A stretch of DNA of 64,000 bases from positions 1-64,000 of the forward strand of contig NIVC01000196.1 in the NCBI GenBank assembly GCA_002269645.1, written 5' to 3'. Of this stretch, positions 13,078 through 24,879 are shown piece after piece. The notes beneath the pieces were generated by a model. The model saw only the letters and a program-made list of their open reading frames with translations, did no database searches and was not told the DNA's origin. The first letter of the stretch is position 1. Each line of letters begins with the position of its first letter. Source of the stretch: Macrostomum lignano. Taxonomy: Eukaryota. The position numbers and the translations under genes are program-made.

Positions 13078-13452
13078 CTGGAAATTCAGGCGATGCATTA
13101 AGAATGCGAAACGGAATTGGCTGAAAAACACTGATGTACTTTAATAATACGAGTATATACACACAGTAGCCAAAGTTACAAATCCAGCAACCATGATTTT
13201 AATTGAGTAAAGTGACGCTACTCCGATTAAAAAATTCCAGAAAATGTTATACTTTCTACTATAAGTAGTTGAAACGATGCAGACAGATTTTTACGGATAG
13301 TGAAACGCGGTCAAGTTGCGACCGACCGACGCAACGCTGTGCCGCTAAAAGAGATATGATTAAAAACAGTCGAACGGCAACTTGTCAATCATAACTAAGC
13401 ATAATAATTAAAGATCATACAGACATGTAGATGAGGTGAACTGCTGCCTCAC

Positions 13453-13765
13453 CCAAAACCAGACGACGCCGCTTTGACCGACCGCTGGTTGCCGGCGCCG
13501 ACGCGTTGAAACGCCGATCCGGCCGTCTCCCAACTGCTGGCGTCCGAGGCGCTGCCGTTACTGCTGGATGTTGAACAGTCTTCCTGATGCTGCTGAACCT
13601 GGCGCTGCTGCTGCCGACGGAGCTGGTCTTGGCCAGCGGCTCCGGCAGATGCTTTGCGGCCGCCGTTAGCCGCTAGCGACGGCTGCTGGCCAGAAAGGTC
13701 CGGGGCGGCCTTCTGCTGCTGAGACTTGGATGCTGACGGCTTACTTTTAGTCGGCAGCGGCTTGC
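13453..13765 (-). CDS. TMEM131: TMEM131 exon (cytoplasmic tail); missing from the ORF track
   Basis: Acceptor cttcag|GC, donor GG|gtgagg; open frame GKPLPTKSKPSASKSQQQK..; phases match both neighbours. Confidence 0.7.
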
Positions 13766-14390
13766 CTGAAGCGGTGAATAATCACAGGTTCACAGTTCAC
13801 AGATCTATAATAACTCAATATTAGCTGCTATAAGCGTAGCTCGGGCGTGTGAGTCACCCGGACTGCTGTGAGCTCCCACAGAGAGAGGGGGAAGGCGAGC
13901 AGCGGCAGGACAGAGTGGGAAGCGGGAGCAAACACGGCGCTAAGCAGCCACGCGGCCAACCCCCTCCTCCCCCCAGAGTTCTGCAACCAGGCCGGCAACG
14001 GGCGGGGTGACAAAAATGCAGAGTCTCCGACACACACACAGTCAGGGAGATGGAGAGGAAGAAAAGCGCGGGGCAAACGGGAGAACACGGAATCAGTGGG
14101 GGGGGGGGAAGATTTCCAATTCCCATCCGTTGCTATTCAGCCGGGCCTACGCACAATTCCCATGCCAGAAAAGTCAGACATAAAGAGATAAAAAGTAAAC
14201 TGATGCATATTCTGGGCAGCGGAAGCAGATAGCAGATATGGCATCGCGGCCCGGGGCTCCAATCTAGAAAGCCATTGCGATGGTTAAAAATAGACGCCCC
14301 CCCCCGTGAAAATATGGGTTCAACGCTTAAGAAACAATAGCAAGGGGGGACTCCATTTACCCCAGTGCGTGCTGCAAGTTCCACCCTATG

Positions 14391-14572
14391 CTCACTGAGT
14401 GCCCTGCATCAGCCACACTGAGTGCCCTGCATCAGCCACACTGAGTGCCCTGCATCAGTCACACTGAGTGCCCTGCATCAGCCACACTGAGTGCCCTGCA
14501 TCAGCCACACTGAGTGCCCTGCATCAGCCACACTGAGTGCCCTGCATCAGCCACACTGAGTGCCCTGCATCA
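14391..14572. repeat. 23-bp minisatellite, left array
   Basis: Unit gccctgcatcagccacactgagt. Confidence 0.95.
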
Positions 14573-14601
14573 GACAAACAGAAGCTAAAATCTCCGCTCA
14601 C

Positions 14602-16048
14602 CCCTGCGGTCAATCTGCGGAAAGGCAATCGGCTCGAACTGCGGCGTTCGAATAGCGGCCGCCGTCAAAGGAGGCGAGCCAACATCCGCCGACGTTGAAG
14701 ACGGCGACGGCGTTGACTGCGAAGCAGCGGCTGCCGTTGCTAACTTGCGCGAACGTCGGACAGTCGGCTGACCAGTCGAAGCTGTTGTCGATGCCGCCGC
14801 CTGCTGCAACCCGACACTTGACCTGGCGGACGCGGCAGCGGCGTGTCGACCAACGCTGGCCTGACCGCGCGCCGACGAGCCTCCGACCGACAAGCTGCCG
14901 TCCGCGGCGCCGCCAGCCCGGCCAGCCCGACGTTGCCGCCGCCACCAGCAGGGCAGCCAGGCGGTCAGGCGGCTGAACTGGCCGCTGTCGGCAGACCTGT
15001 CCGGCACTGCGACAACGCTGGGCGTTGACTTCGACGCCGACTGTTCAGTCTGCGGTAACGCTGTCGGCGGCGCTGCTGAGGTAGCCGAAGCGGAATTGGC
15101 ACTAGCGGAGGATGAGGAGGCAGCGACAGCAGCCGACGCAGCCGACAGCCGGTCGGCGGTGACGCAGGCGGACATGATGGCCCACAGGGCGGCGGCTAAA
15201 ACAGCACCAACCAAGCCGGTCTGCAGCGGCGTCTCCCACGGCGGCCTAGGCAGGCGGGCGGAGCAGGCGGCGACTTGGGTCGGCGTCAGGCCGCCACGAA
15301 GTACGACGCGAAGAGCGCCGCCGACCAGGCGAAGCTCCCGAGTTGTACGCAGCTGGCAGAGGTCGGGCGTGAAGGTCACGGCCATGTGCAGCGACTCGTT
15401 CGGCCCCAAGCGGATCGGCGCGCACGGGGCCACCATAAAGCCGGCGTCGGAGCAGCCGCTGGCGTCGCGGCCGACAATCGGCGGCCCGGAGTCGACAGTC
15501 AGCGGGCCGGGATTGACAATCGTCAGCTGGCGCCAGATGCTAGGAGGCACCCGCTGACACGGCGGCTCGAGGCCGGTGGCTCCGGCCAGGCCGAACTCCA
15601 TACTGTCGGCGCTGGCGCGAAGTTCAACTCTTGCACCGCGGCCGACGGCCAGCAGCGGCTCCACGCCGGTGAGATTGTTGCGCAACAGGAACAGGGCACG
15701 GAATTCGCCCGACTCGGTTGGCCGGAAAGTCACAGGCAGGTGGGCTCGCTGGCGAGGCCGAATTAGAACGGCCAAAGTGTCCGGGTGGATGTCCGGATAG
15801 CCAACCGGCAGTCGGCGATATTCGGTCGCCCAGCGCGGCGTCGGGGTCAGGCGGATGGAGCGGGCGGATGAGGCGGCGGAGTCTGAGGCGGAAGAGTCTA
15901 GAGTGGCGTCCTGCAGGGCGGCCTCCAGTCCCAGGTGGCTGAGGGCGGAGGCCTGGCCCGGGTAGGCGCTGAGCGGCACCAGGTGGGCAAGCACCGTCTT
16001 GTCTGTCGGGTTCTCTAAGATCAGATCCGCAGTTGAAGCTTTGCCGAC
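14602..16048 (-). CDS. TMEM131: TMEM131 exon with Ig-like domains and the transmembrane helix
   Basis: LILENPTD, LLRNNLTGVE, VTFTPD..RELRL and LPRPPWE match TMEM131 motifs (TLENPAD, IVRNNLT, LFTPD, LPRPNWE); acceptor ccgcag|GTC, donor G|gtgagc. Confidence 0.9.
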
Positions 16049-16074
16049 CTGCGGATGAGCGAAGTGAACTGCAT

Positions 16075-16460
16075 GCCCTGCATCAGCCACACTGAGTGCC
16101 CTGCATCAGTCACACTGAGAGCCCTGCATCAGCCACACTGAGTGCCCTGCATCAGTCACACTGAATGCCCTGCATCAGTCACACTGAGTGCCCTGCATCA
16201 GTCACACTGAGTGCCCTGCATCAGTCACACTGAATGCCCTGCATCAGTCACACTGAATGCCCTGCATCAGTCACACTGAGTGCCCTGCATCAGCCACACT
16301 GAGAGCCCTGCATCAGCCACACTGAATGCCCTGCATCAGCCACACTGAGTGCCCTGCATCAGTCACACTGAATGCCCTGCATCAGCCACACTGAGTGCCC
16401 TGCATCAGCCACACTGAACGCCCTGCATCAGCCACACTGAGTGCCCTGCATGAGCCACAC
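16075..16460. repeat. 23-bp minisatellite, right array (same unit as 14391-14572)
   Basis: Unit gccctgcatcag(c/t)cacactga(g/a)t. Confidence 0.95.
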
Positions 16461-17183
16461 AGAACCCGCACGAGTGCACACAATGAAATAGATAGCCAGT
16501 GTACACAGGAGTCAGCACAATGGCCATGTTTGACTGCTTACTAGCTGCCTGCAGCAGCCCACCCCTACCCTAAGCAAACAGCTTTAACTTAAGCCTAAAA
16601 GATTAAAGGAAAGTAGGTAAATTTCCGGTATTTTTTGAGCGCAGCATCTATCTTACGAGCTGATTGATGGCAAAGTTTCTGGCTTCAGTACAAAATCCGC
16701 TGATGATAAATTTATACGCAAATAACCAATTGAATGCTGAATAGTTTCGCATTATCGGATAACTGTCAATATTAAGCATTTGACAATCACACGAGAGTAA
16801 AAAAGCTGGCTGTTAAGACTGAAGTGGAATACGCCGGATGGGCCAATGACGGCAAGGGGACTTGACAACCTATTTCTACGAGTAGAATCCTTCTCACTCC
16901 TAGTTGCTATAGCCTCATCTGTTGCTTCGTGAGGCAAACGAGGAGAATTGATAGTTTCGCATTAAATTGCCTGACGCAGTCAGCTGCGACCGTTTTAAAT
17001 AAATTTTCCTATGAATAGCCGAATGCAGCCTAAGACTGCAGTTGGGCCTGGGTTCCACTCGGTTCGTTTAACAACTATCTATTGATTATCCCGCACTGCA
17101 CTCATGCGGGAGGTCACGGATCCCGCACTGCACTCATCCATCGAGGCAAAGAGCTTGCGGTAATTTTAGAAAAAACGGTGCTT

Positions 17184-17900
17184 TAGGATGGAAGGGAAGG
17201 ACAGGACAGGATAGGAAAGGACAGGATAGAAAAGGACAGGATAGGACAGGACAGGATAGGATAGGACAGGACAGGACAGGAAAGGACAGGACAGGATAGG
17301 AAAGGACAGGACAGGACAGGATAGGAAAGGACAGGATAGGAAAGGACAGGACAGGATAGGATAGGAAAGGACAGGAAAGGACAGGACAGGACAGGATAGG
17401 AAAGGACAGGACAGGATAGGAAAGGACAGGACAGGACAGGATAGGAAAGGACAGGATAGGAAAGGACAGGACAGGATAGGATAGGAAAGGACAGGACAGG
17501 ACAGGATAGGAAAGGACAGGATAGGACAGGATAGGAAAGGACAGGATAGGAAAGGACAGGATAGGAAAGGACAGGATAGGAAAGGACAGGACAGGATAGG
17601 ATAGGAAAGGACAGGACAGGATAGGATAGGAAAGGACAGGACAGGATAGGATAGGAAAGGACAGGACAGGACAGGATAGGAAAGGACAGGACAGGACAGG
17701 ATAGGAAAGGACAGGATAGGATAGGAAATGACAGGATAGGACAGGACAGGATAGGATAGGAAAGGACAGGAAATGACAGGATAGGACAGGACAGGATAGG
17801 ATAGGAAAGGACAGGATGGAAAGGACAGGATAAGAAAGGACAGGATAGGAAAGGACAGGATAGGAAAGGACAGGATAGGAAAGGACAGGATAGGAAAGGA
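17184..17900. repeat. (GGA[C/T/A]A)n pentamer purine-rich satellite
   Basis: ggaca/ggata/ggaaa units starting 8 nt from the donor at 17908. Confidence 0.95.
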
Positions 17901-17908
17901 AATCTCAC

Positions 17909-18201
17909 CTGCGTGACAGGCAGTTCCAATCGAGGCAGCCGAGAGCCGCCATCACCGCCACCGCTGCCGCCGCCAGCAGCCCAGCCGGCAGAGGGGTAAA
18001 GGCTCGGCCACACCAGACTGGCCCTGGCCTCAAACAAGAACAGATGCGAGTGCTCGGTGACGAGCTGCACTGTCACATTGGCCAGTCTCTGATCAGCTTG
18101 GCTCAGGGCAGACCAGCGGGAGCGCAGCCTGGCCAGCTGGTACTGGTCCGAGCGAAGCGTGCGACGGCCCAGGCTCAGGCCGGCTAGCCATTCGATACCG
18201 G
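17909..18201 (-). CDS. TMEM131: TMEM131 exon
   Basis: FEARASLVWPSL resembles TMEM131 ITAELSWPSI; acceptor ccgcag|CC, donor CAG|gtgaga. Confidence 0.8.
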
Positions 18202-18224
18202 CTGCGGATTGGTTGGCGTGCAAG

Positions 18225-19045
18225 ACTCATCGGTCATGACATAATCCCCATCGGTCATGACATAATCCCAATCGGTCATGACATAACCCCCATCGGTCAT
18301 GACATAATCCCCATCGATCATGACATAAAACCCATCGGTCATGACATAACCCCCATCGGTCATGACATAACCCCCATTCGTCATGACATAATCCCCAATC
18401 GGTCATGACATAACCCCCATCGGTCATGACATAATCCTCATCGGTCATGACATAACCCCCATCCGTCATGACATAATCCCCAATCGGTCATGACATAACC
18501 CCCATCGGTCATGACATAATCCTCATCGGTCATGACATAATCCTCATCGGTCATGACATAATCCCCATCGGTCATGACATAATCCCCAATCGGTCATGAC
18601 ATAACCCCCATCGGTCATGACATAATCCCCAATCGGTCATGACATAATCCCCGATCGGTCATGACATAACCCCCATCGGTCATGACATAACCCACATCGG
18701 TATTGGCATAATCCACATCGGTATTGGCATAATCCACATCGGTCATGACATAATCCCCAATCGGTCATGACATAACCCCCAATCGGTTATGACATAATCC
18801 TCATCGGTCATGACATAACCCCCATCGGTCATGACATAACCCCCATCGGTCATGACATAATCCCTATCGGTCATGACATAATCCCTATCGGTCATGACAT
18901 AATCCTCATCGGTCATGACATAACCCCCATCGGTCATGACATAATCCTCATCGGTCATGACATAATCCTCATCGGTCATGACATAATCCTCATCGGTCAT
19001 GACATAATCCCTATCGGTCATGACATAATCCCTATTGGTCATGAC
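18225..19045. repeat. 21-bp intronic minisatellite with GTCATGAC palindrome
   Basis: Unit catcggtcatgacataatccc. Confidence 0.95.
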
Positions 19046-19682
19046 TAAATCTCGGGAAAAGTTATCTTGGAGAGACTGCTATCTCGGGAAAAGATCTAGA
19101 ACAGACAACGATTTTATATGATAAGTGCTACAGAGTTGGGGATCTGCGAGAAAGTCGGGGCAGCTGGGGGAAGTGAGCAAGCATATCAGGACCGGGAGAC
19201 GAGAAAGGGAAAGAGGAGCAAGAGAGGTAGATGAGGATGAAGATTTTAGAAAAGGAAACTGGAAAACCCCGAAACGCGACAGGAATGGCATACGAAATGA
19301 GCGCATATTGAGCTCCCAGAGATACAGGGAGGAGGCAAGCAAAACAGCAGGCACTAGGAGGCCCTTAAAGAAGATAGAAATTGGCGTACGAGCAGAAGTA
19401 GGAAGAAAAAGCTACAGAAGTTTCCAGGGTTGGAATTGCTCAATCATGCAGCTCAGCAGAAAGCAGCTCGCAGCAAGCAAGAGAATTTAAGAATTTATGG
19501 AAGACGACTAAGACAGCCTAGCCCGCCCGGGCCATTCAAATTATATAGCTCGTACTTCAGCCTTTTTCTTTACAATATGTACTTTCTCTGATAGCTGCTC
19601 TCCGCTCAGCCTACTTTGCTTACAATCTGACGCTATGGATGCAGTCCTTCTCTGGCTGACTTTTCCCTCCCATGCCCCCTCT

Positions 19683-19960
19683 GATCCTATCTTAGCCTGC
19701 CTCCGATCCTATCTCACCCAGTCTCCGATCTGATCTCATCCTGTCCGATCTGATCTCAGCCTGTCTCCGATCCTATCTCATCCTGTCTCCGATTCTATCT
19801 CAGCCTGTCCCCGATCCTATCTCACCCTGCCTCCGATCCTATCTCATCCTGTCTCATATTCTATCTCATCCTGCCTCCGATCCCATCTCACCCTACCTCC
19901 GATCCTATCTAATCCTGCCTCCGATCCTATCTCACCCTGCCCCCGATCCGATCTCACCAT
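19683..19960. repeat. Degenerate 20-bp minisatellite
   Basis: Unit like ccgatcctatctcaccctgc. Confidence 0.85.
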
Positions 19961-20190
19961 ACCGCCGCCCCACCCCCACGCAGAAGAGCAATACCAACAA
20001 GAATCGGGACTCACTAGAAGAGCTAGTTGAAAATCCAACGTAGCAATCGTTACCGCAGACGCGCCTGTGATCAAAGCACAGCTTGCCAATCTGCAAAGCA
20101 ATGTTTTTGGATAGGAAGCAAAAATAACACTGCGAGTGTAAAGATGTACAAAAGTTGTCTACATCAAGAGTCTGATTGATTGAGTCTCAC

Positions 20191-21190
20191 TCACGGTGGC
20201 AGTATGGAAAGGCTTCATCAGGCCGAACAGCTGCTCAGAACCAGCCGACTCAGTCGTCAAGCCGGCCGTCGGCTCGGCCAGTCGCGCCGGCTGCAGCAGC
20301 TGGAAATGAAAGCGGGGGTCCGGCGGCAGGAAGCTGAGCTGGCGCAGGCGCAGCGGCTCAGGGAAGCTGCTGTGTACGGACAGCCAGCGGCATGCCGGCC
20401 GGCCGGGGTAGCCGGCTTCCAGCAGCGGCCTGGCCGGGACAGGCGTCAGGACGCCGTCGGCTGTCCGAAGGACGTACTGCACCGACTGGGTAGCGCCCCG
20501 CTCCGTCCTGATGGCCACATCGTCGATCACGACGCCGTAGAAGTCGGCCGGCGGCCGGACGGTCAGCACGAAGGCGGCCGACTCGCCCGGGCCGAGACGT
20601 CCGGCGCCGGAGTCGGCCCGGCGGAGCTCGGCCAGCGAGCTGTGCACCGACACGGATTCCAGCGACACCGGCAGCGGATTGTCGTTGCGCAGTGCGAACT
20701 CCAACGAAGTGACCGCGTCAGTGGCGACGGTGCCGAGGTCGAGAGAGCCGGGCTCGGGCTGCGGCCTGCCGGGCAGCAGGGTGAGGAGACCCGTGTGCAG
20801 CAGGACCGGCAGGCTGGCGGCGGTGGCGTTGCTCCGCACAGTCAGGCGGAGCTCAGCCTGCCGGCCAGCCGCGGCGCTGGCGTTCAATCGAAGCCGGAAG
20901 GGCGCCGCCGTCTTGCCGGCTGGAATCAGCGCCGGCGGCTTGAAGCCGACCACGGACAGCAGGCCGTCGGCCGACTGCGGCAGCTCAACGCCGGTGACGG
21001 CCACGGTTCTGTCGAACGAGTTCTTGATTGGCACCGGCCGACCTTCGCTAGCATCGGCATCGGCGGTGTCCGACTTTCCGCCGGTGTTGAATACGGTGGC
21101 ATTTTCGGCGTGCGTCAGTGCCCCGTGCAGCAGGCTGGCCTCGTAGGGCACCGAGAGCAACTGGCGGGAGTCGCCGCCGCGTAGGATGAT
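20191..21190 (-). CDS. TMEM131: TMEM131 exon
   Basis: VPYEASLLHG, TVRSNATAASLPV, LDLGTV, FALRNDNP, PPDPRFHF match TMEM131; acceptor gcacag|ATC; phase-1 donor A|gtgaga. Confidence 0.88.
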
Positions 21191-21319
21191 CTGTGCGGAC
21201 CGGGGCGGGAATGCAACGCGGCGATGGAGACGGATGCTGGGCTGAAGACCTCGGGCCATGGTGGGGAATTTCCCCCAGCTGGCACTTTTGCTCTTGGCCA
21301 AGGAGTGGGAATTCCCCCC

Positions 21320-21800
21320 TCCCCCAGCGGACCAGATACACAGATCTTGCTGGGAAATTAATTCCCCAGGCGGAGAAGATCCTGGAGGGAAATGAAGTCC
21401 CCTAGCGGAGCAGACCTACTGATCTTGGCGAGAAATTAATTCCCCTAGCGAACCAGATATACAGATCTTGGCGGGAAATTAATTCCCCTAGCGAACCAGA
21501 TATACAGATCTTGGCGGGAAATTAATTCCCCTAGCGAACCAGATATACAGATCTTGGCGGGAAATTAATTCCCCTAGCGAACCAGATATACAGATCTTGG
21601 CGGGAAATTAATTCCCCTAGCGAACCAGATATACAGATCTTGGCGGGAAATTAATCCCCCTAACGGACCAGATTTACAGATCTTGGCGCGAAATTAATTT
21701 CCCTAGCAGAGCAGATTCGTGGGGGGAATAATTCCCCTAGCAGGGCAGATCTTGGAGGGAAATTAATTCCCCTTGCGGAGCCGACCTACAGATCTTGTTG
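21320..21800. repeat. 43-bp intronic minisatellite
   Basis: Unit gggaaattaattcccctagcgaaccagatatacagatcttggc. Confidence 0.92.
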
Positions 21801-21856
21801 GAAAATTATCCTGCTATCCTGCTAAGAATATCTACAACAGAAGCCTCAAAACTCAC

Positions 21857-22402
21857 ATTGCCAGTCCAGTGCAGCCTGCGGTCGGCGGCCTTGGCCGGAT
21901 CGAAGACGACAATCGCTACGGGAGTCTCGCGGGCCGGGCCCGGCAGAACTTGCACGGGCCGGAACAGCAGCTGCACGGCAGGATTTGGCGAGTCCAGCTC
22001 AGCTGACGATACTAAAGTTGGCTCAGAGTACAGGCTGGTCACCCTTAGCTGCAGTCGCCTCTGCTGCTCGCTAGACAGCATCTGACCAAAGTACAGCCTG
22101 TCCGAGCATGAGTACAGTCCCGGCTGGCCGGACACCTGCACCTGCACTGGTAGCACCAGGCCGGGACCGCCCAGGCTGGTGCGCAGACGGACAAACGCGC
22201 TGTGATTGGCTGCCGATCGGCCAATCAAACGGAGCCGCATCAGGGTGCGCGTTTCGTAAGGCGGAATCCGCCAGGGCGACTCGTCTAGTTTAGCGGTTGA
22301 AGACGACGACGAAGTTCTTGGATTTGACGACCACGAATTGATGCCGATGCCGGAGGGCAGTTCGAGATGCAGATCAGCGCTGCTGCTGAACATCTCAGTT
22401 AC
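21857..22402 (-). CDS. TMEM131: TMEM131 exon
   Basis: EMFSSSADLHLELP, WRIPPYETR, NHSAFVRLRT, LPVQVQV..PGLY; acceptor gcccag|GTA, donor AAT|gtgagt. Confidence 0.93.
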
Positions 22403-22504
22403 CTGGGCGAGTGGGAAATGCGAAAACATGTTCATTTCTAAGAAAAATCTAAGACTTTCAATATCTAAATACAGAAAACCTAAAGGTGTCTGACTGTGAA
22501 TCAC

Positions 22505-23100
22505 AGAATCTAACAGCGATTCTAAGAAGCTGAGGGCAAATGTTTTTTATTTAGGGCGATTCTTGGAATCTGAAGGGCGATTCTAAGAATAAAAATTTTA
22601 GGTCGATTCTTAAAATGAGGTGGTTCTGAGAATCTGAAGGCGATTCTAAGAATCTGAAGACGCTTCTGAGAATCTGAGGGCGATTCTTAGAATCTGATGG
22701 CGATTCTAAGAATCTGATGGCGATTCTAAGAAGCTGATGGCGATTCTAAGAATCTAAGGGCGATTCTAAGAATCTGATGGCGATTCTAAGAATCTGAAGA
22801 CGCTTCTAAGAATCTGATGGCGATTCCAAGAATCTGAAGACGCTTCTAAGAATCTGATGGCGATTATAAGAATCTGATGGCGATTCTAAGAATCTGATGG
22901 CGCTTCTAAGAATCTGATGGCGATTCTAAGAATCTGAAGGCGATTCTAAGAATCTGATGGCAATTCAGAATCTGAAGGGCAATTCTTAGAAGCAGAAGGG
23001 CGGTTCTTAGAACCTGAGGGCGATTCTCAGAATTTGAGGGCGATTCTTAAAATCTGAGGGCGATTCTTAAAATCTTTGGTCGATTCTCATAATCAGAGTT
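22505..23100. repeat. 20-bp intronic minisatellite with a near-palindromic core
   Basis: Unit gattctaagaatctgatggc. Confidence 0.92.
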
Positions 23101-23128
23101 CGATTCAAACCAAATAAATTTGTCTCAC

Positions 23129-23365
23129 CTGCAGCGGCTCTGAATTTGGATTGTACAGCTGCAAGCTGGGCGCAAAGCTGGCATTCAGCGGAATCCTGGC
23201 GCCCAGCATGGCCCTCACCCGGTAGGGGCTGGGCAGGCCCACGCCGAACACCTGATAGCGGTGCTGGCCGGCCGAAGTGCGAATGTACAGCGTGTTCTCC
23301 GTGGTGCCAGCTCGGGTGGCAAGGAACACCACATCGAAGGTGGCGTTGCCGCCGGGTGGCACCGT
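23129..23365 (-). CDS. TMEM131: TMEM131 exon (TMEM131-like N-terminal domain)
   Basis: PPGGNATFDVVFL..ENTLYIRTS..YQVFGVGLPSPYR..LGARIPLN; 79 codons, phase 0/0. Confidence 0.95.
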
Positions 23366-24879
23366 CTGTTTAATTAATTAGATAAATTTACCCATACTTC
23401 GAACGAAAATGTAAAGAAATTAAAGTACATTGTTTTTTCTTAACTGCACTCATTGTTTAAAATTTTGTACTAAGATTTGCGGGTTAAAAACTACTTGTAG
23501 ATTGCTTCAGAATTCTGAAGTCTTAATTGAACTAACTGATCAACTGCTAACCAGATAACTTCAATTTCCAAATCATGGATTACTAACCAGATAGCTCAGA
23601 TGCTTAATCGCTATCATGGATTACTAACAAGATAACTACATTTCCTAATAGGGTTCACGGCCTACTAAAACAGAATATTTAAACAGAATATTACACGCCT
23701 GTAAAGTGCATCTAATTAACTCAATTTGGTGCCTGGAAGCTAGAAATGTTATTTTAAAAGATTTATTAAATGCGCTAAGCGTAGTCATGGACTTCAAAGC
23801 TAGAAACTGGACTGGAAACTGCTCGCCAAAGTTGTAATTTTGTAAGGTATAATAAAAAGAGCTACTAAAGCGTTACTTATCCGCTCAATAAACTAGCAGA
23901 TTTTTTTAAAAAACTTAAACAAAAACCGCTTATAGTCTTCAGAGATTAAACGGAGGTTTTTCTATCCAGACGCCTGGTTTTCAGATTCCATGGCGTGCGA
24001 CACGACGGCGAGGTCGTCGAAACGCCGCCGACGCGTTTAAATAGGAGATAAAGAGAGAGGGACAGAGAGAGAGGGAAGGAACAAGATAACAAGGCCATAA
24101 AAACCGATGCAGCAGAAGAAATTTTATTTTTTGAAAATTAAAACACATCAAGGCCTAATGATAAACCCGCACAGCCCCAATGCGGCCCTGCTTAACTCTT
24201 GCATGAGGGGGAGAGAGGCAGATGAAGATGACACGGGCTGCCCTGCCTATTAAGCCTGCATAGCAACTCATAGCTAGGCCCTGGCATTAGCATGCAGCGG
24301 ACTGCAATAACACAATAGCTATAAGCCAGTAGAGGGGCGGGGCTGCCTATTCTGCAAATCCTGCATAGCCAGTTCACCTAAAAAGGGGTCCCCAACTGCT
24401 CATACAGCTCACACACATGCTCTAAACGGTTCTCTGTCCTCTAGGAGAGGAAGATAGCGAGAGAATGAGAAGTGTAGAAATTTATGCAGCCATCGCTTTT
24501 TAGCTCTAACGATTTAACAGGGATTGGGTGGTGAGTGTGAAGTAGGCCTGTACTCCAGTACTAGCTGTACAGCTGGCCTGTAGATTACAATACATGTAGT
24601 GCACCGCCGGTGCGCATTTTTGCTGCAGTCGTGCCGACCGTTGCGGACTGCTTTTATTGGGAAAAAGTTTATCGACTTAAAAAACGAAATTTTTAAAGTG
24701 CAATAAAGCGGATTCAGATTTGCTTCGCTTCAGGGCTGATTAACACAGCAATCAAATTCACACGGGAATGAAAGTTGATGCACAAGTAGTGTGATAACAC
24801 GAAATTTGGCCTCGTTTGATGAGTTTATAGTCTAAGCCTGAGGATATGGGAGGCTCCAGGAACTGAGTATCTAGGAGGG

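Noticed and set aside
17183-17908. (SCPIL)n extension of the 346-aa ORF
   Set aside because: Read-through past the donor at 17908 into a pentamer satellite
20180-21184. Long plus-strand ORFs over GC-rich exons (also 15096-15942, 11386-12088, 43765-45267, 48131-50489)
   Set aside because: Antisense shadows of real minus-strand exons or the transposase
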